A DNA stretch of 64,000 bases, taken from assembly GCA_964016885.1 (NCBI GenBank), contig OZ024742.1, positions 287,928,001-287,992,000 of the forward strand, written 5' to 3'. Shown piece by piece: positions 13,732-27,583 of the stretch. Position numbers and translations under genes: made by a program. The notes below the pieces were generated by a model. It was not told where the DNA came from. It ran no database searches and was given only the letters and a program-made list of their open reading frames with translations. How positions within the stretch are numbered: position 1 is the stretch's first letter; each line of letters opens with the position of its first letter. The DNA comes from Eledone cirrhosa (lineage: Eukaryota).

Positions 13732-14455
13732 AATGGAAGTTCAGTAGAATCGAAGTTCTGGCTGCGGCCTTGCTAGCGAATGCAATCGGAATGTGCAGCT
13801 AAGCACTCAATAAGGTAGTTTTACCTTAGAGTAATAACATTACGTTTAGATAGCTTGAAAAATTGAAGATTGCGACCGGTGAGCTAGCGGCAAGGACCAA
13901 AGGAACGAGAAAACCAACTCGGGATAATTTGACAAACCTGGACCATCCCGTCGATATTATGCAATATCTCCGGTAGGTTTCTGTGAAACCGAAATCAACA
14001 AATCTACTTGCGGGTATGCAAGTTATTGGTTTTGGATGATCAAACAGAGGGTTCACTTTCTCAACAGGTTTCCGTTCAATGCCGCGTTCGGGTGTGAATT
14101 ATAGCAGTAAGACTGCTGGTGGTCACGTGGTTTTCCCAAAGGAAGGTTTTGGCGATCAAAATTCAAATTTTTAACAAAGGAATAAATTCCGTTCCACAAA
14201 CCTAATAAAGCTCTCGACCAGACGTTATTAAACAAACATAAATAATTAACCAACCAATGGAATTGTCTAATTAAATTAATTAATTAATCATTAAGTCTAG
14301 GAGATAATAATACAAATGGAAGTTCAGTAGAATCGAAGCTCTGGCTGCGGCCTTGCTAACGAATGCAAGTTATTGGTTTTGGATGATCGAACAGAGGGTT
14401 CACTTTCTCAACAGGTTTCCGTTCAATGCCGCGTTCGGGTGTGAATTATAGCAGT
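13450..14455. repeat. Unclassified structured repeat family (diverged copies at 13450-13650 and 13731-14314; internally deleted tandem copy at 14315-14453)
   Basis: Shared core GCACTC..GAGTAATAACATTACGTT.AGA.AGCTT; direct repeats 13731/14315 and 14016/14362. Confidence 0.6.
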
Positions 14456-15127
14456 TATGAGCATGTGCTCAAGAAGTCCAGTTTTCAGCCGTGTGGTTCT
14501 GGGTTCGAGACTGCTGGAATTTGGTGTGCGGAAACTGCAGAAGACCGTCGTGTGTGCGTGTGTGTTAGTCTGTGTCTATGTTTATGTTTGTGTCTGTGTT
14601 TTGACTTATAACTTAGCGGTTCGACAAAAAAGGATTGACAAAATAAATACCAAACTTTAAATAATAAGTACTGGGGTTGATATAACGGTGCCCCTGCGCA
14701 ACTCCAGCCTAACGACTGTGTGTGTGTCGATATTATGAATGTATAAATGCTTATATATTTATATATGTTCATATACTTATGTATGTTTATATATGTGTAT
14801 TGTACAGCTGTGACAAGACGTGTATGATGGGTAATTTTTAAAGTGCTGTAACGGCCCGTACCTTCAACCTGGAAAAAATTGATTGGGCCTGTTACCTTAT
14901 TATAACCATATCAAGGAACTGTTAGAGTAACAGTTACATAGTTCAATTAAAAGAGCCTGAAAAGAAAAACTTCTTGCGTGTATCTCGTATGTGAATATAC
15001 AGATGTGTGTAAATTTTATTTATTTTATTTACCTAACATTGCAGAAATTTGAAAAGGTGTTAGTCACAATGTGTACAACTATAATTATAGTTGTACACTT
15101 TATAACAGCTAATTATTAAATAAAAAT

Positions 15128-15277
15128 GGTTTCTACTATAGGCACAGTGCCAACAATTTTAGGGGAAGGGGAAAATTGATTAAATCGACCCCAGTGCGTG
15201 ACTGGAACTTTAATCTATCGACCCCATAAGGATGAAAGGCAAAGCTAATCTCGTCGACATTTGAACTCAGAACGTTA
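15128..15277 (-). mobile_element. tRNA-derived SINE family 1 (Meta-domain-like), partial
   Basis: Reverse complement of GTTCAAAT..GCCTTTCATCCT..GGGGTCGAT..TTGGCACTGTGCCT. Confidence 0.75.
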
Positions 15278-15326
<49 letters not shown>

Positions 15327-16016
15327 GGCGAAACTCCAGAATAGCAAGACTCATTATTTAGCCTTAAAAAATGAATAAATATTGGGTCGTCAAGTATCAA
15401 ATTTGTAGACATTTGTTTGTTTTTTCTATAAATTTCTACCAATTTCATACTTAACGACCCAATATTCAATATATATGTCAGACCACAACTTCGGAAGATG
15501 GAATTAATCGTCCATATCTACCCTCACAATCTTACTGGTACATTATTTTCTCAACCTCAAAAGTATGAAGGGCAAATTTGAATTGAGAGCATAAAAAGTT
15601 GGAACAAACATGAAATAGCAGGTTGTTCAGCGCTCTAATGACTTTACCAGTTACCAGAGAAATAATAAAAAAAATGTGTCTATTAACTAAATTATACACT
15701 AAAACTACATGATCATCCGTTTACATAATGCTTGGCATTCAACTCCATTCGCACAAATTCAATTAATATACTTCTACTGCGATCCATTTCAATGATATTG
15801 AAAACTAAGTCATTTCTGCATTTTTGATTTATTCTACCAGGCACAAGAATATATATATATATATATATATATATCACACATATATATATATAACTATATA
15901 CATATATATATATATATATCACACACACATATATATATATGCATATACATACTTGTACACACATATTCACGTATACATTCTTGCACACACATATACACGT
16001 ATACATACACATACAT

Positions 16017-16057
<41 letters not shown>

Positions 16058-16068
16058 CATACATATAT

Positions 16069-16105
<37 letters not shown>

Positions 16106-16553
16106 CATATATAGAGAGAGGGGGGAGAGAAAGAAATCTGGGTACATATGTCTTGTACACACACACACTCACACAAACACACTCACATGTACATAAACAC
16201 ATAAGCACATATGTGAATTATGTCTTCATATTTCATTTCTGGCAAAGACGGAAGCAAATGCTTGAATTATGAACGGCTGGGATTCGGGGATATATCGCTA
16301 TTTATGGATTAGATTTTTATATTTAATTAAAAAATTCAGTCAGCAACAAATAATCAAATATATATTGTATATATGTATTATATGTATGTATGTGTGTGTG
16401 TCTGTATATATATATATATATATATATATAGACATATATATATATATATAGACATATATATATAGACATATATATATATACATATATATATATAGACATA
16501 TATATATAGACATATATATATAGCACGTATATTAGTATATATATAGAGAGATA

Positions 16554-16689
<136 letters not shown>

Positions 16690-16714
16690 TATATATATAT
16701 ATAGTATATATATA

Positions 16715-16772
<58 letters not shown>

Positions 16773-16932
16773 TATACATATATATATATTAGTATATATA
16801 TATACTTACATATATATATATACATATATATAGATACTAATATATATATATATTAGTATATATATATATACTTATATATACATATATATACTTATATATA
16901 TATATATACTTATATATATATACATATATATA

Positions 16933-17032
<100 letters not shown>

Positions 17033-17179
17033 GTTTCTGAATTTGTTTAGCAAGATTCTTTATCTGAAAACGTGTGATGAAACCGATATTGTTATACTTT
17101 GGGAGGGTCATGTTTCCAATTAGAAACACACGCACCAGTCCTTTCACTTCAATTTATTATAATAAATTTTTAAATTTAG

Positions 17180-18555
17180 GAATTTATAAATTTCCGGTTG
17201 GTTGGTTGGTTCCACAACCAGATGGTTGTTTATATATTGTCAAAGTTCTTTCGTCACACATTCTGTGACCTCTTCGGTGACTGTGAATTCTTTGTTTTTT
17301 TGTGCCTCTCCTTTGTTCTGTCCTTCGCCATCTTGTTTTTGTGTGTGTGTGTTGTGTGCTTAGTTTGCGCATGTGTTACATCGGGGTGTCTGTGTGTGTT
17401 TATATTCGTTTATTTATTTGTTTATTTACATGTTACTGGTTGGTTGTTTGTTCTATGTGCGTGTGTGTTTTCATTTTGTCCTTAATTGTAAGTTGTGATG
17501 TTGTGATGGACAGTAGCAACACAAGAAGATGTGAACTCCCCTCAAGCTATAGGGACTTCTACAGAACATATATCTTGAGGAAAGTCCCGGCACTAAGGTG
17601 TCTGCATGTCCCGAAGAAGTCGGTTCTGAGGTTTATCAGAATTATTATATGGACAGTAGCAACACAAGAAGATGTGAACTCCCCTCAAGCTATAGGGACT
17701 TCTACAGAACATGTAGACACCTCTCGGCCAGACCTCCCTCAAGCTATATGGGCAGTAACAACACCCTAGGTTGAGAACTCCCCTCAAGCCATAGGGAACA
17801 ACCCAGGCTGAGTAGATACCATGATAGCCTAGAGATTGAATCGGACACAGCCATTATAATTTGGCCAACATCTATATAACACAAACACATTTTAATTTAC
17901 TTGATTTCTGATTTTCAAGTTCCAATTTTAAATCTTGATTTCTCTTTATTAATTTTTTATTTGTTCTCTGTTCTCTTCACTGTATCACCTTATATTTATT
18001 TTTAAGTTGAGATTGATTATAACACAAACACATTTTGTTTGATTATCTTATTCTAACATCTTGTTCCTCATACCAATCTATCCAACATATTTCTGACCTT
18101 GAGATTGGTTATAGCACACACACACTTTATCCTACTTTATTTGAATCTTCATTTTATTTTTCACTTCCCATATTCATTTTCATTACTTTTTCACCAATTT
18201 TTCATTTATTCTTTATTCTTTATTCTTTATTCTTTATTCTTTATTCTCTATTTATTATTTATTTTCTGTTTTCTTCATTTATTGCCTTATATTTCTTCAT
18301 ATACATGGAAATTCGTTTGTTTGAATTCATATGATTCCAGTTCCTCAGTGAAATAACAACCCAACCAGGAACTGGGCATATCAGAGTATTGACAAAATTA
18401 TACACCTCAACAACATATGTACTTGTCGATACCACACTAATTCGGACTGCCTGAAGAGGTCACAGCCAAAGATGGCTGTCACTGAAATATATATAGCAGT
18501 AATAAACGAAGCTAAATTTTAAACATTTGACTTTTTATTTAACTTTATTTTACAT
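17180..18555 (+). mobile_element. Penelope-like element 3' region / pLTR
   Basis: Ends in the same pLTR plus HHR as 7416-7640; internal ~63-bp repeats at 17506 and 17649. The left boundary is approximate. Confidence 0.55.
18446..18500 (+). ncRNA. Minimal type-I hammerhead ribozyme (identical to 7531-7585)
   Basis: ACTGC CTGAAGA..GAAA TATATATA GCAGT AATAAA. Confidence 0.8.
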
Positions 18556-18600
18556 ATATATATATATATACTTATATATATATATATACATATATATACA

Positions 18601-18652
<52 letters not shown>

Positions 18653-18673
18653 CATATATATATACATATATAC

Positions 18674-18738
<65 letters not shown>

Positions 18739-18828
18739 CATATAGTAGCTTGTCTCCTTCAGCGTGGCAATCCTCTTGGTGTAGCTTCGCTGGATTGCCT
18801 CAAGCTCCGTGGTTAGTTTGGTTATATG

Positions 18829-19025
<197 letters not shown>

Positions 19026-19119
19026 CTTTGAATAACTTTGAATAACTTTGAAATGTTTTGGCCAGTATTGGCCCAGGCCATGTCTAACTTAATAGCACCA
19101 CCTGGCGAAGTCTTTCAAT

Positions 19120-22100
19120 TCAGGATTTGGGCACCATGGCCCATTCGAGAAGAGAATTACTGTTTGCGGAGACATATCCGGGTGTGGGTGGTTTGTCCGG
19201 GATTACTTGGAGGAATTTGTCCAAAGACTTCTTGAATTTTGTGTGGTCAGTTTCTGTTTTGACGTGTCCTGGTGTGATGTTGAAGAGAGCAGGGCCGATT
19301 GAGGTGAAATAATTGTGCCGTATTGTTGTTATGAGTTGCGATTTAGATTTTTGAATGGGACGGATAGCACGGGGCCCAAGCCTTGGGTGTATCTTGAAGG
19401 CGATGCCAACATCATTTGGGCAGTGATGATGGAACATTTTCCACATCATGCAGATAATATAACGCTCACGGCGACGTTGGAGTGAGTAAAGTTTCAGGTT
19501 TTCCAATCGACCCCAGTAATCAAGGTCTGACATGCCATCTATCTTTTTCGTGATTGCCCTTTGAGGAGCTTCAAGTTTCATGATACTTTGTTTCGTGTGG
19601 GGAGACCACAGTGGACAACAGTATTCAAGGTGTGGTCGGGCGAAAGTAGAGAAGAGAAGGATAATGGTGCGGGAATCTCTCGACTGGAAGGTTCTGAGGA
19701 TCCAGGAACACATTCTGCGGGCCATGTCAACTTTGCTGCTTATATGCGTGGTCCAGCTTATGTTGCTGTCCACGGTTACTCCCAAGTCTCTGATGTTGTT
19801 AGATGCCACGAGAGTTTCCCCGGAGGGAAGGGAGTACGGGAGTTTCAGAGCATCCTCTTTTCCAAAGTGGATCAGTTCGAATTTGTCTTCGTTCAGTAAC
19901 ATGTTGTTCTTTTCTGCCCATTGGGTAACAGCCAGTAGGTCTGACTGAAGGCTTATCCGGTCATCCACGCCATTGATGACCTTTTGGAGCTTGGAATCAT
20001 CAGCGAAAATTTTAATGTTGCTGTGTTTGATGATGTCAGTGATGTCATTAATATAGATGATGAAGAGAAGTGGGCCCAACACAGTGCCTTGTGGGACTCC
20101 ACTACTGACTTTGGCTGGGCTTGATTTGACTCCCTCAACTACAACATGTTGGGTTCTGTTTGACAGGAAGCTCTTGATCCACTGCAGCAGCTTTCCAGTG
20201 ACACCAATATTGGACAGCTTTCTCAGTAGAATGTTATGATCAACCCTGTCAAAGGCCTTGCTGAAATCAAGGTAGATAACATCAGTGTTGGAACCCTCTC
20301 CCAAGGCTCTCAAAATGTCATCAAAGTGATGCAGTAGTTGCGTCAGGCAATCCCTTCCATTACGGAATCCATGCTGGTTGGAGTTCAGCATATTGTTACT
20401 CTCAAGGAAGTGGGTCATTCGCGATCTCACCACTCGCTCAAATACCTTAATGATATGAGAGGTGAGTGAGATTGGACGGTAATTCACGGCAAGGGATTTG
20501 TTTCCCTTTTTGAAAACTGGGACAACAGACTGGGATAGAAGGTTTTCTGGCACATATCCAGCATCCAGTGAGTTCCGCCACAGATTGGCAAGAGGAGAAG
20601 CAAGTTGGTGTTGACACGCCTTCAAGACACAAGCAGGGAACCTATCGGGACCTACTGCTGAATTATGCTTGATTTCCTTTATTGCCGCCAAGACATCAGG
20701 GGCGCCAAACGTTATGTCCGATAAGGTGTAATGGGGAGTAACATCGCCGATACAGCCCAGATCGGCCATATCAGGATTGCTGAAAACAGAGCAGTATTGT
20801 TTCTGCAGTATCTCACCCATGGTTTTAGCATTGTCTTGAAGAGTGCCATTTTCATCAATTAGAGGGCCAACAGTAGAGCCAGTGATTTTGTGTTTTTTTG
20901 CAAATGAAAAGAACACTTTGGGATTAAGTTTGATCTTCTCAATGGCCCAGGCCTCTTCAGCTCTTCTCTGATTGTTGATGAGGGACATTATGTTGTTTTG
21001 GAGGTTATGTTTTTTAATCTCTAGTGATGAAATGGCAGTCAAGTTGATGTGTTGCTGCTGACAGTATTTCAGATTGTTGATTTTTTTGTTCGTTCTCTTA
21101 ATTTTTCTGATGAGCGTTTTTCTATTTCTAGGGATTCTGCTCTTAGATTTGTTTATAGTTCTTAATGGGGTGTGTTTAGCACATATGTTTGTAACAGTGT
21201 CCACAAATGTCTGCCAGGACTTTTTGATGTTAGTGGGTGTATGAGTGTGCGTGAAGGACCAGTCGACATGTGCAAGATCATGACTGATCGCTTCCCAGTT
21301 TGCATTGTGGAAATCCATAGCGTCAAACGGATGGACAGGAGAAATGACATTGGGTTTGTATATTGGACGGTGGAATCTCAGATCACAGAGAACCATGTCA
21401 TGATCAGAGAGTAGAGTTTTCTCCACTGCAATATTGTGGATATTGTCAGTGTGATTGCTGAAAATTAAGTCTAGGACGTTTTTGTGGCACCTCGTTGGTT
21501 CGAGCACTAGTTGGGATAGGAAGAAATCATCCATGAAGTCAAGAAGCGATTCCACAGCTTCCCTGTCAGAGGTTGAGGCAGAAGAACCTGGTGGCAGGGT
21601 GTTTGTGGACCAGTCAACTCCGGGGAGGTTGAAGTCCCCCATCATTAAGATGTTGTCAGGGTGACACTCTTGGATGAAACACTTTATGCTGTTGAGGCAT
21701 TCCTTGAAGCATGGTACAGGCGTTTGGGGTGGCCTATAGAGCCCAACTACTAATAGGTTGTTGGTTTGACTGAATACAGTGACTGCCTCACAGTATCCAT
21801 TAGTGAATATGTTCATAGCCTCTGTTGAGAAAGAATTATGGACATAAATGGCAGTTCCGCCCTTTCTTCTGCCAGCGCGATCAGCACGGATGGCTTTGAA
21901 ATTTTTCACTTTCACCTCGGCTTCCAAGTGGAGGTTACTGAGATGGGTTTCAGTGAGGACGAAGAAAGGGATGTGGTTTGGATGGACATCAATCCAGTCC
22001 TCCAGGAATTTGATCTTCCATTTTTGAGTATTGGTGGAAGGGCTGATGCCTTGGGCGTTAAGCAAAAATGTAGAGGCGAGAGTGGATGGTTTTAATTGTT

Positions 22101-22140
22101 TTGGTGTGTTGTTAATTTGTTTGTTTGTTAATGGCAGCAA
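19120..22140 (-). CDS. LINE ORF2: apurinic-like endonuclease plus reverse transcriptase
   Basis: APE motifs LTETHL, YRPP, GDFN, LDLIF, SDH; RT motifs [36 protein letters not shown]; CR1-type RPHLEYC..WSP. Uninterrupted for 1006 aa, with no AUG before the APE domain. Confidence 0.95.
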   Translation of the reverse strand: MLPLTNKQINNTPKQLKPSTLASTFLLNAQGISPSTNTQKWKIKFLEDWIDVHPNHIPFFVLTETHLSNLHLEAEVKVKNFKAIRADRAGRRKGGTAIYVHNSFSTEAMNIFTNGYCEAVTVFSQTNNLLVVGLYRPPQTPVPCFKECLNSIKCFIQECHPDNILMMGDFNLPGVDWSTNTLPPGSSASTSDREAVESLLDFMDDFFLSQLVLEPTRCHKNVLDLIFSNHTDNIHNIAVEKTLLSDHDMVLCDLRFHRPIYKPNVISPVHPFDAMDFHNANWEAISHDLAHVDWSFTHTHTPTNIKKSWQTFVDTVTNICAKHTPLRTINKSKSRIPRNRKTLIRKIKRTNKKINNLKYCQQQHINLTAISSLEIKKHNLQNNIMSLINNQRRAEEAWAIEKIKLNPKVFFSFAKKHKITGSTVGPLIDENGTLQDNAKTMGEILQKQYCSVFSNPDMADLGCIGDVTPHYTLSDITFGAPDVLAAIKEIKHNSAVGPDRFPACVLKACQHQLASPLANLWRNSLDAGYVPENLLSQSVVPVFKKGNKSLAVNYRPISLTSHIIKVFERVVRSRMTHFLESNNMLNSNQHGFRNGRDCLTQLLHHFDDILRALGEGSNTDVIYLDFSKAFDRVDHNILLRKLSNIGVTGKLLQWIKSFLSNRTQHVVVEGVKSSPAKVSSGVPQGTVLGPLLFIIYINDITDIIKHSNIKIFADDSKLQKVINGVDDRISLQSDLLAVTQWAEKNNMLLNEDKFELIHFGKEDALKLPYSLPSGETLVASNNIRDLGVTVDSNISWTTHISSKVDMARRMCSWILRTFQSRDSRTIILLFSTFARPHLEYCCPLWSPHTKQSIMKLEAPQRAITKKIDGMSDLDYWGRLENLKLYSLQRRRERYIICMMWKMFHHHCPNDVGIAFKIHPRLGPRAIRPIQKSKSQLITTIRHNYFTSIGPALFNITPGHVKTETDHTKFKKSLDKFLQVIPDKPPTPGYVSANSNSLLEWAMVPKS

Positions 22141-23291
22141 TGGGAGTTTGTGCAGTGGGGTGATAGTGGAGGGTGGTGCTGGGTGATAGCTCGAATGTTT
22201 TTTTCCAGTTCTTTTGCCAGATTCATTATGGCTAAAAAAGAGGAAGAAGTTTCCTGTTTAGAAGACTGTTGGTGACTGTGGTAGTGGTTATTTTTATGTA
22301 GGTTATGGTTTTTGTTTTTGCTTTTATTTTCATTTATCCGACGGGTCCCCGGGAGATGGGTAAAGGGACAATCCCGGTCTAAACACAATCTGTCTCGCAG
22401 GGAAAAACGGCAGATTTGTGGATTCCTTGTTTGAGTTATTGGTGGTTGTGTTGGTGTTAAATTAGAGTATGTATTATGGTGGTGGCTGTTTGTGGGGATA
22501 GATCGTTTTGTCCTAGGTAAATGGGTGAATTTGCAGCCACTATCCGTACATATTCTATAGCGTAGAGAGTAGCGGCAAATGATGGGGTTTCGAGTGGGTG
22601 GGTATATGGGTGTGGGTGTTGTGAGAGGTGTAGATGATGGTTTGGGTAGGATTTGACGACCTTTGTGGACTGTGGGAGGGAGAGTTCTTGTTCTGGTATT
22701 AGAAGGTAAATTCCTTGACATAGCAGTAGACAAAAATGTTGTAGTAGTAGTAGTAGTAGTAGGCAGAGATGTTGGCAGTGGTGATGATTGGACTGCTGGG
22801 CCAGAGAAAGGATGTGGCGTTTCATGCTGTGAGACAGAGGCTACTGGGGGGTCAATAGTTTCATTTAGTAGATCGGCCATTGTTGATGAATCAAGGAGTG
22901 GTTCACACTGTTGTTGTTGCTGTTGTTGATGTTGTTGTTGTAGCTGTTGTTGATGTTGTTGTTGTTGCTGTTGTAGCTGCTGTTGTTGTTGTTGTTGCTG
23001 TTGTAGCTGCTGTTGTTGTTGTTGCTGCTGCTGGACAGCATTCGAAGAGAAAACACACCGTAGTTTATCCAAATGTTTATTGATTAATTTAAAAGCAATT
23101 TCGATTTGCTTTAATTTATTTTGAATCTGTTGTTCAGATCGAGTTTTCAAAAATTGAACTGTACGTTTAGCAATGTCGTTCAGAGATGAAGCATCTATAT
23201 CTTCTGTTTGGGAAAGGCAATGCCATGTGTTTATTAGAATGTCGATTTCATTATCAGACCAGTTCTGTTTGGATTTTTGCTGGTTAGCCAT
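22128..23291 (-). CDS. LINE ORF1: Myb/SANT-like N-terminus, polyQ tract, two CCCH-type zinc fingers
   Basis: AUG start; WSDNEIDILINTW..RSEQQIQNKLKQI; CRYSLRYRICTDSGCKFTH and CRFSLRDRLCLDRDCPFTH. Confidence 0.85.
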   Translation of the reverse strand: MANQQKSKQNWSDNEIDILINTWHCLSQTEDIDASSLNDIAKRTVQFLKTRSEQQIQNKLKQIEIAFKLINKHLDKLRCVFSSNAVQQQQQQQQQLQQQQQQQQQLQQQQQQHQQQLQQQHQQQQQQQCEPLLDSSTMADLLNETIDPPVASVSQHETPHPFSGPAVQSSPLPTSLPTTTTTTTTFLSTAMSRNLPSNTRTRTLPPTVHKGRQILPKPSSTPLTTPTPIYPPTRNPIICRYSLRYRICTDSGCKFTHLPRTKRSIPTNSHHHNTYSNLTPTQPPITQTRNPQICRFSLRDRLCLDRDCPFTHLPGTRRINENKSKNKNHNLHKNNHYHSHQQSSKQETSSSFLAIMNLAKELEKNIRAITQHHPPLSPHCTNSHCCH

Positions 23292-23578
23292 TCTAGTTTT
23301 GAGTGTGTGTGTGTTTTAGTTAAGTATTTCAATATATATATATTTTTTTTTTAAATTTATTTTTGATTTATTTTTGTTTTTTGTTTTTCTTGTGTGTGAG
23401 TGAGAAGCGTATATATATAAATATGAGTATATATATATATGTATATTCTGGTTATTTGAAATTAATTAAGTTAATGAAAAGACGAAAGTATATAATAATA
23501 ATTTGTAGTTAAAGGAAAATGTACTCACAAGTTCGTGTGTGTGTGTTTTAGTTAAGTATTTCAATATGTATGTATATA

Positions 23579-23671
<93 letters not shown>

Positions 23672-23888
23672 GTATATATATATATATATGTATATGTATA
23701 TATGTATATATACATATGTATCTATATATAGTCCAGAATTAGCCGTCGAAACGGCTTGAGCTCAGCCGTCGGGGTCTTACTGGTTCCTATATCTGTATAT
23801 ATATATATGTATATATTTATATATGTATCTACATATGTATATATACATATATATATATAAACATATATATATATATACATATATATAC

Positions 23889-24027
<139 letters not shown>

Positions 24028-24112
24028 CATATATATATATACATATATATATACATATATATATACATATATATATATATATACATATATATATACATAT
24101 ATAGATATATAC

Positions 24113-24143
<31 letters not shown>

Positions 24144-24148
24144 CATAC

Positions 24149-24255
<107 letters not shown>

Positions 24256-24256
24256 C

Positions 24257-24317
<61 letters not shown>

Positions 24318-24380
24318 TATATACATATATATATACATATATATATACATATATATATACATATATATATACATATATAT

Positions 24381-24484
<104 letters not shown>

Positions 24485-24489
24485 GTATG

Positions 24490-24604
<115 letters not shown>

Positions 24605-24612
24605 ATACATAC

Positions 24613-24872
<260 letters not shown>

Positions 24873-24917
24873 ATATACATATATATATATACATATATAT
24901 AGAGATACATATAACCA

Positions 24918-24999
<82 letters not shown>

Positions 25000-25177
25000 A
25001 TATACATATATATATATATACATATATATATAGAGATACATATAACCAAACTATATATATATATATATATATATAACCAAACTAACTACGGAGCTTGAGG
25101 CAATCCAGCGAAGCTACACCAAGAGGATTGCCACGATGAAGGAGACAAGCTACTGGGAGAAGCTAAAGGGAGAAGCT

Positions 25178-26042
25178 AAAGAGTCATACAGAAACATATG
25201 TATATATCGATGCACAGTGGGGTGACATTCATTATAATATTTTAGCATGGCAATTTACATTCAAAAATTAAAATCATATTAAAAGAAAATTAAAACAAAA
25301 TTAAAGTTAAAATACAACATCGGCAGTTTACGAAGATAATGCAAGAGGATAGTTTGAAGTAGTTAGTGTATGCAATAGTTACACGTGGGGCATGCACGTG
25401 TGTCTTATTTATATAAGATTAATGTGCGGCAAGGTGTTATATGCGATACAAGCACTTTAAGCGGGTAAACAAGAGTATTATGGGGGTTGTATTGGTAAAG
25501 TATTTTTTATGTATGATAAAGAAGCTTGTGTGCAGAGAAATATTAAAAATGAGAAGCAAAATAATGTTATGGTTTTTGTATACACCACCATTTTCACAAT
25601 CCAGGAAACGTAATATATAGATTATATGTCCTTCACATAATTAACGATGATTCAGTATTGGATGCTTCATGTATTAGGTTAGATTATTACAGCTTTTTGT
25701 TCTTTAATCCAATTATAGAGCAGGTTGTTTTCGTTGCGAGAATTTACTTGCATTATCCTCGTAAACTGCCGATGTTGTATTTTAACTTTAATTTTGTTTT
25801 AATTTTCTTTTAATATGATTTTAATGTTTGAATGTAAATTGCCATGCTAAAATATTATAATGGATGTAACCCCACTGTGCATCGATATATACATATGTTT
25901 CTGTATGACTCTTGTGTTGGAAAGAAGGTCATGTATGTAAACAATCATTGAAAAATTGCTCCGAAGAACCCAAACCTCGGTTTGGACGAAACAATTGTAA
26001 GCTAATAAATGATTTGAACAGAACTTTGATTCATGTGATTTC
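25178..26042. mobile_element. Naiad-type Penelope pLTRs in inverted arrangement, no ORF
   Basis: 25178-25345 is the reverse complement of 25747-25914; homologous to 47965-48680; HHR variant at 25956-26004. Confidence 0.8.
25956..26004 (+). ncRNA. Hammerhead variant with CCGAAGA core
   Basis: TTGCT CCGAAGA A CCCAAACC-TC-GGTTTGGA C GAAA CAATTG TA AGCTA. Confidence 0.6.
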
Positions 26043-26182
<140 letters not shown>

Positions 26183-26458
26183 CATGTATATATATACATA
26201 TATATATATATACATACATTATATATATACATATATATATATACATACATGTATATATATACATATATTTATATTTATATATACATACATGTATATATAT
26301 ACATATATATATACATATATATATATACATATATATATACATATATATATATACATACATGTGTATATATATATATATATGTATATACATACATATATAT
26401 ATATACATATATATATACATATATATATACATATATATATACATATATATTTATATAC

Positions 26459-26489
<31 letters not shown>

Positions 26490-26550
26490 CGTCTATATAT
26501 ATACATATATATATATATAGATATATATATATACATATATATATGTATAC

Positions 26551-26583
<33 letters not shown>

Positions 26584-26628
26584 CATATATATATATACAT
26601 ATATATATGTATACATATATATATATAC

Positions 26629-26659
<31 letters not shown>

Positions 26660-26718
26660 CATATATATATATACATATATATATATATACATATATATAT
26701 ATACATATATATATATAC

Positions 26719-26783
<65 letters not shown>

Positions 26784-26824
26784 CATATATATATACATAT
26801 ATATATATATACATATATATATAC

Positions 26825-26855
<31 letters not shown>

Positions 26856-26936
26856 CATATATATATGTATATATATATACATATATATATACATATATAT
26901 ATATACATATATATATATACATATATATATATATAC

Positions 26937-26981
<45 letters not shown>

Positions 26982-27074
26982 CATATATATATATACATAT
27001 ATATATATACATATATGTATATATACATATATATATATACATATATATATATACATATATATATACATATATAC

Positions 27075-27177
<103 letters not shown>

Positions 27178-27224
27178 TATATACATATATATATATACAT
27201 ACATATATATACATATATATATAC

Positions 27225-27269
<45 letters not shown>

Positions 27270-27270
27270 C

Positions 27271-27369
<99 letters not shown>

Positions 27370-27452
27370 CATATATATATACATATATATATATATACAT
27401 ACATATATATATACATATATATATACATATATATATACATACATATATATAC

Positions 27453-27483
<31 letters not shown>

Positions 27484-27503
27484 CATATATATAAATATGT
27501 ATA

Positions 27504-27573
<70 letters not shown>

Positions 27574-27583
27574 TATATACATA

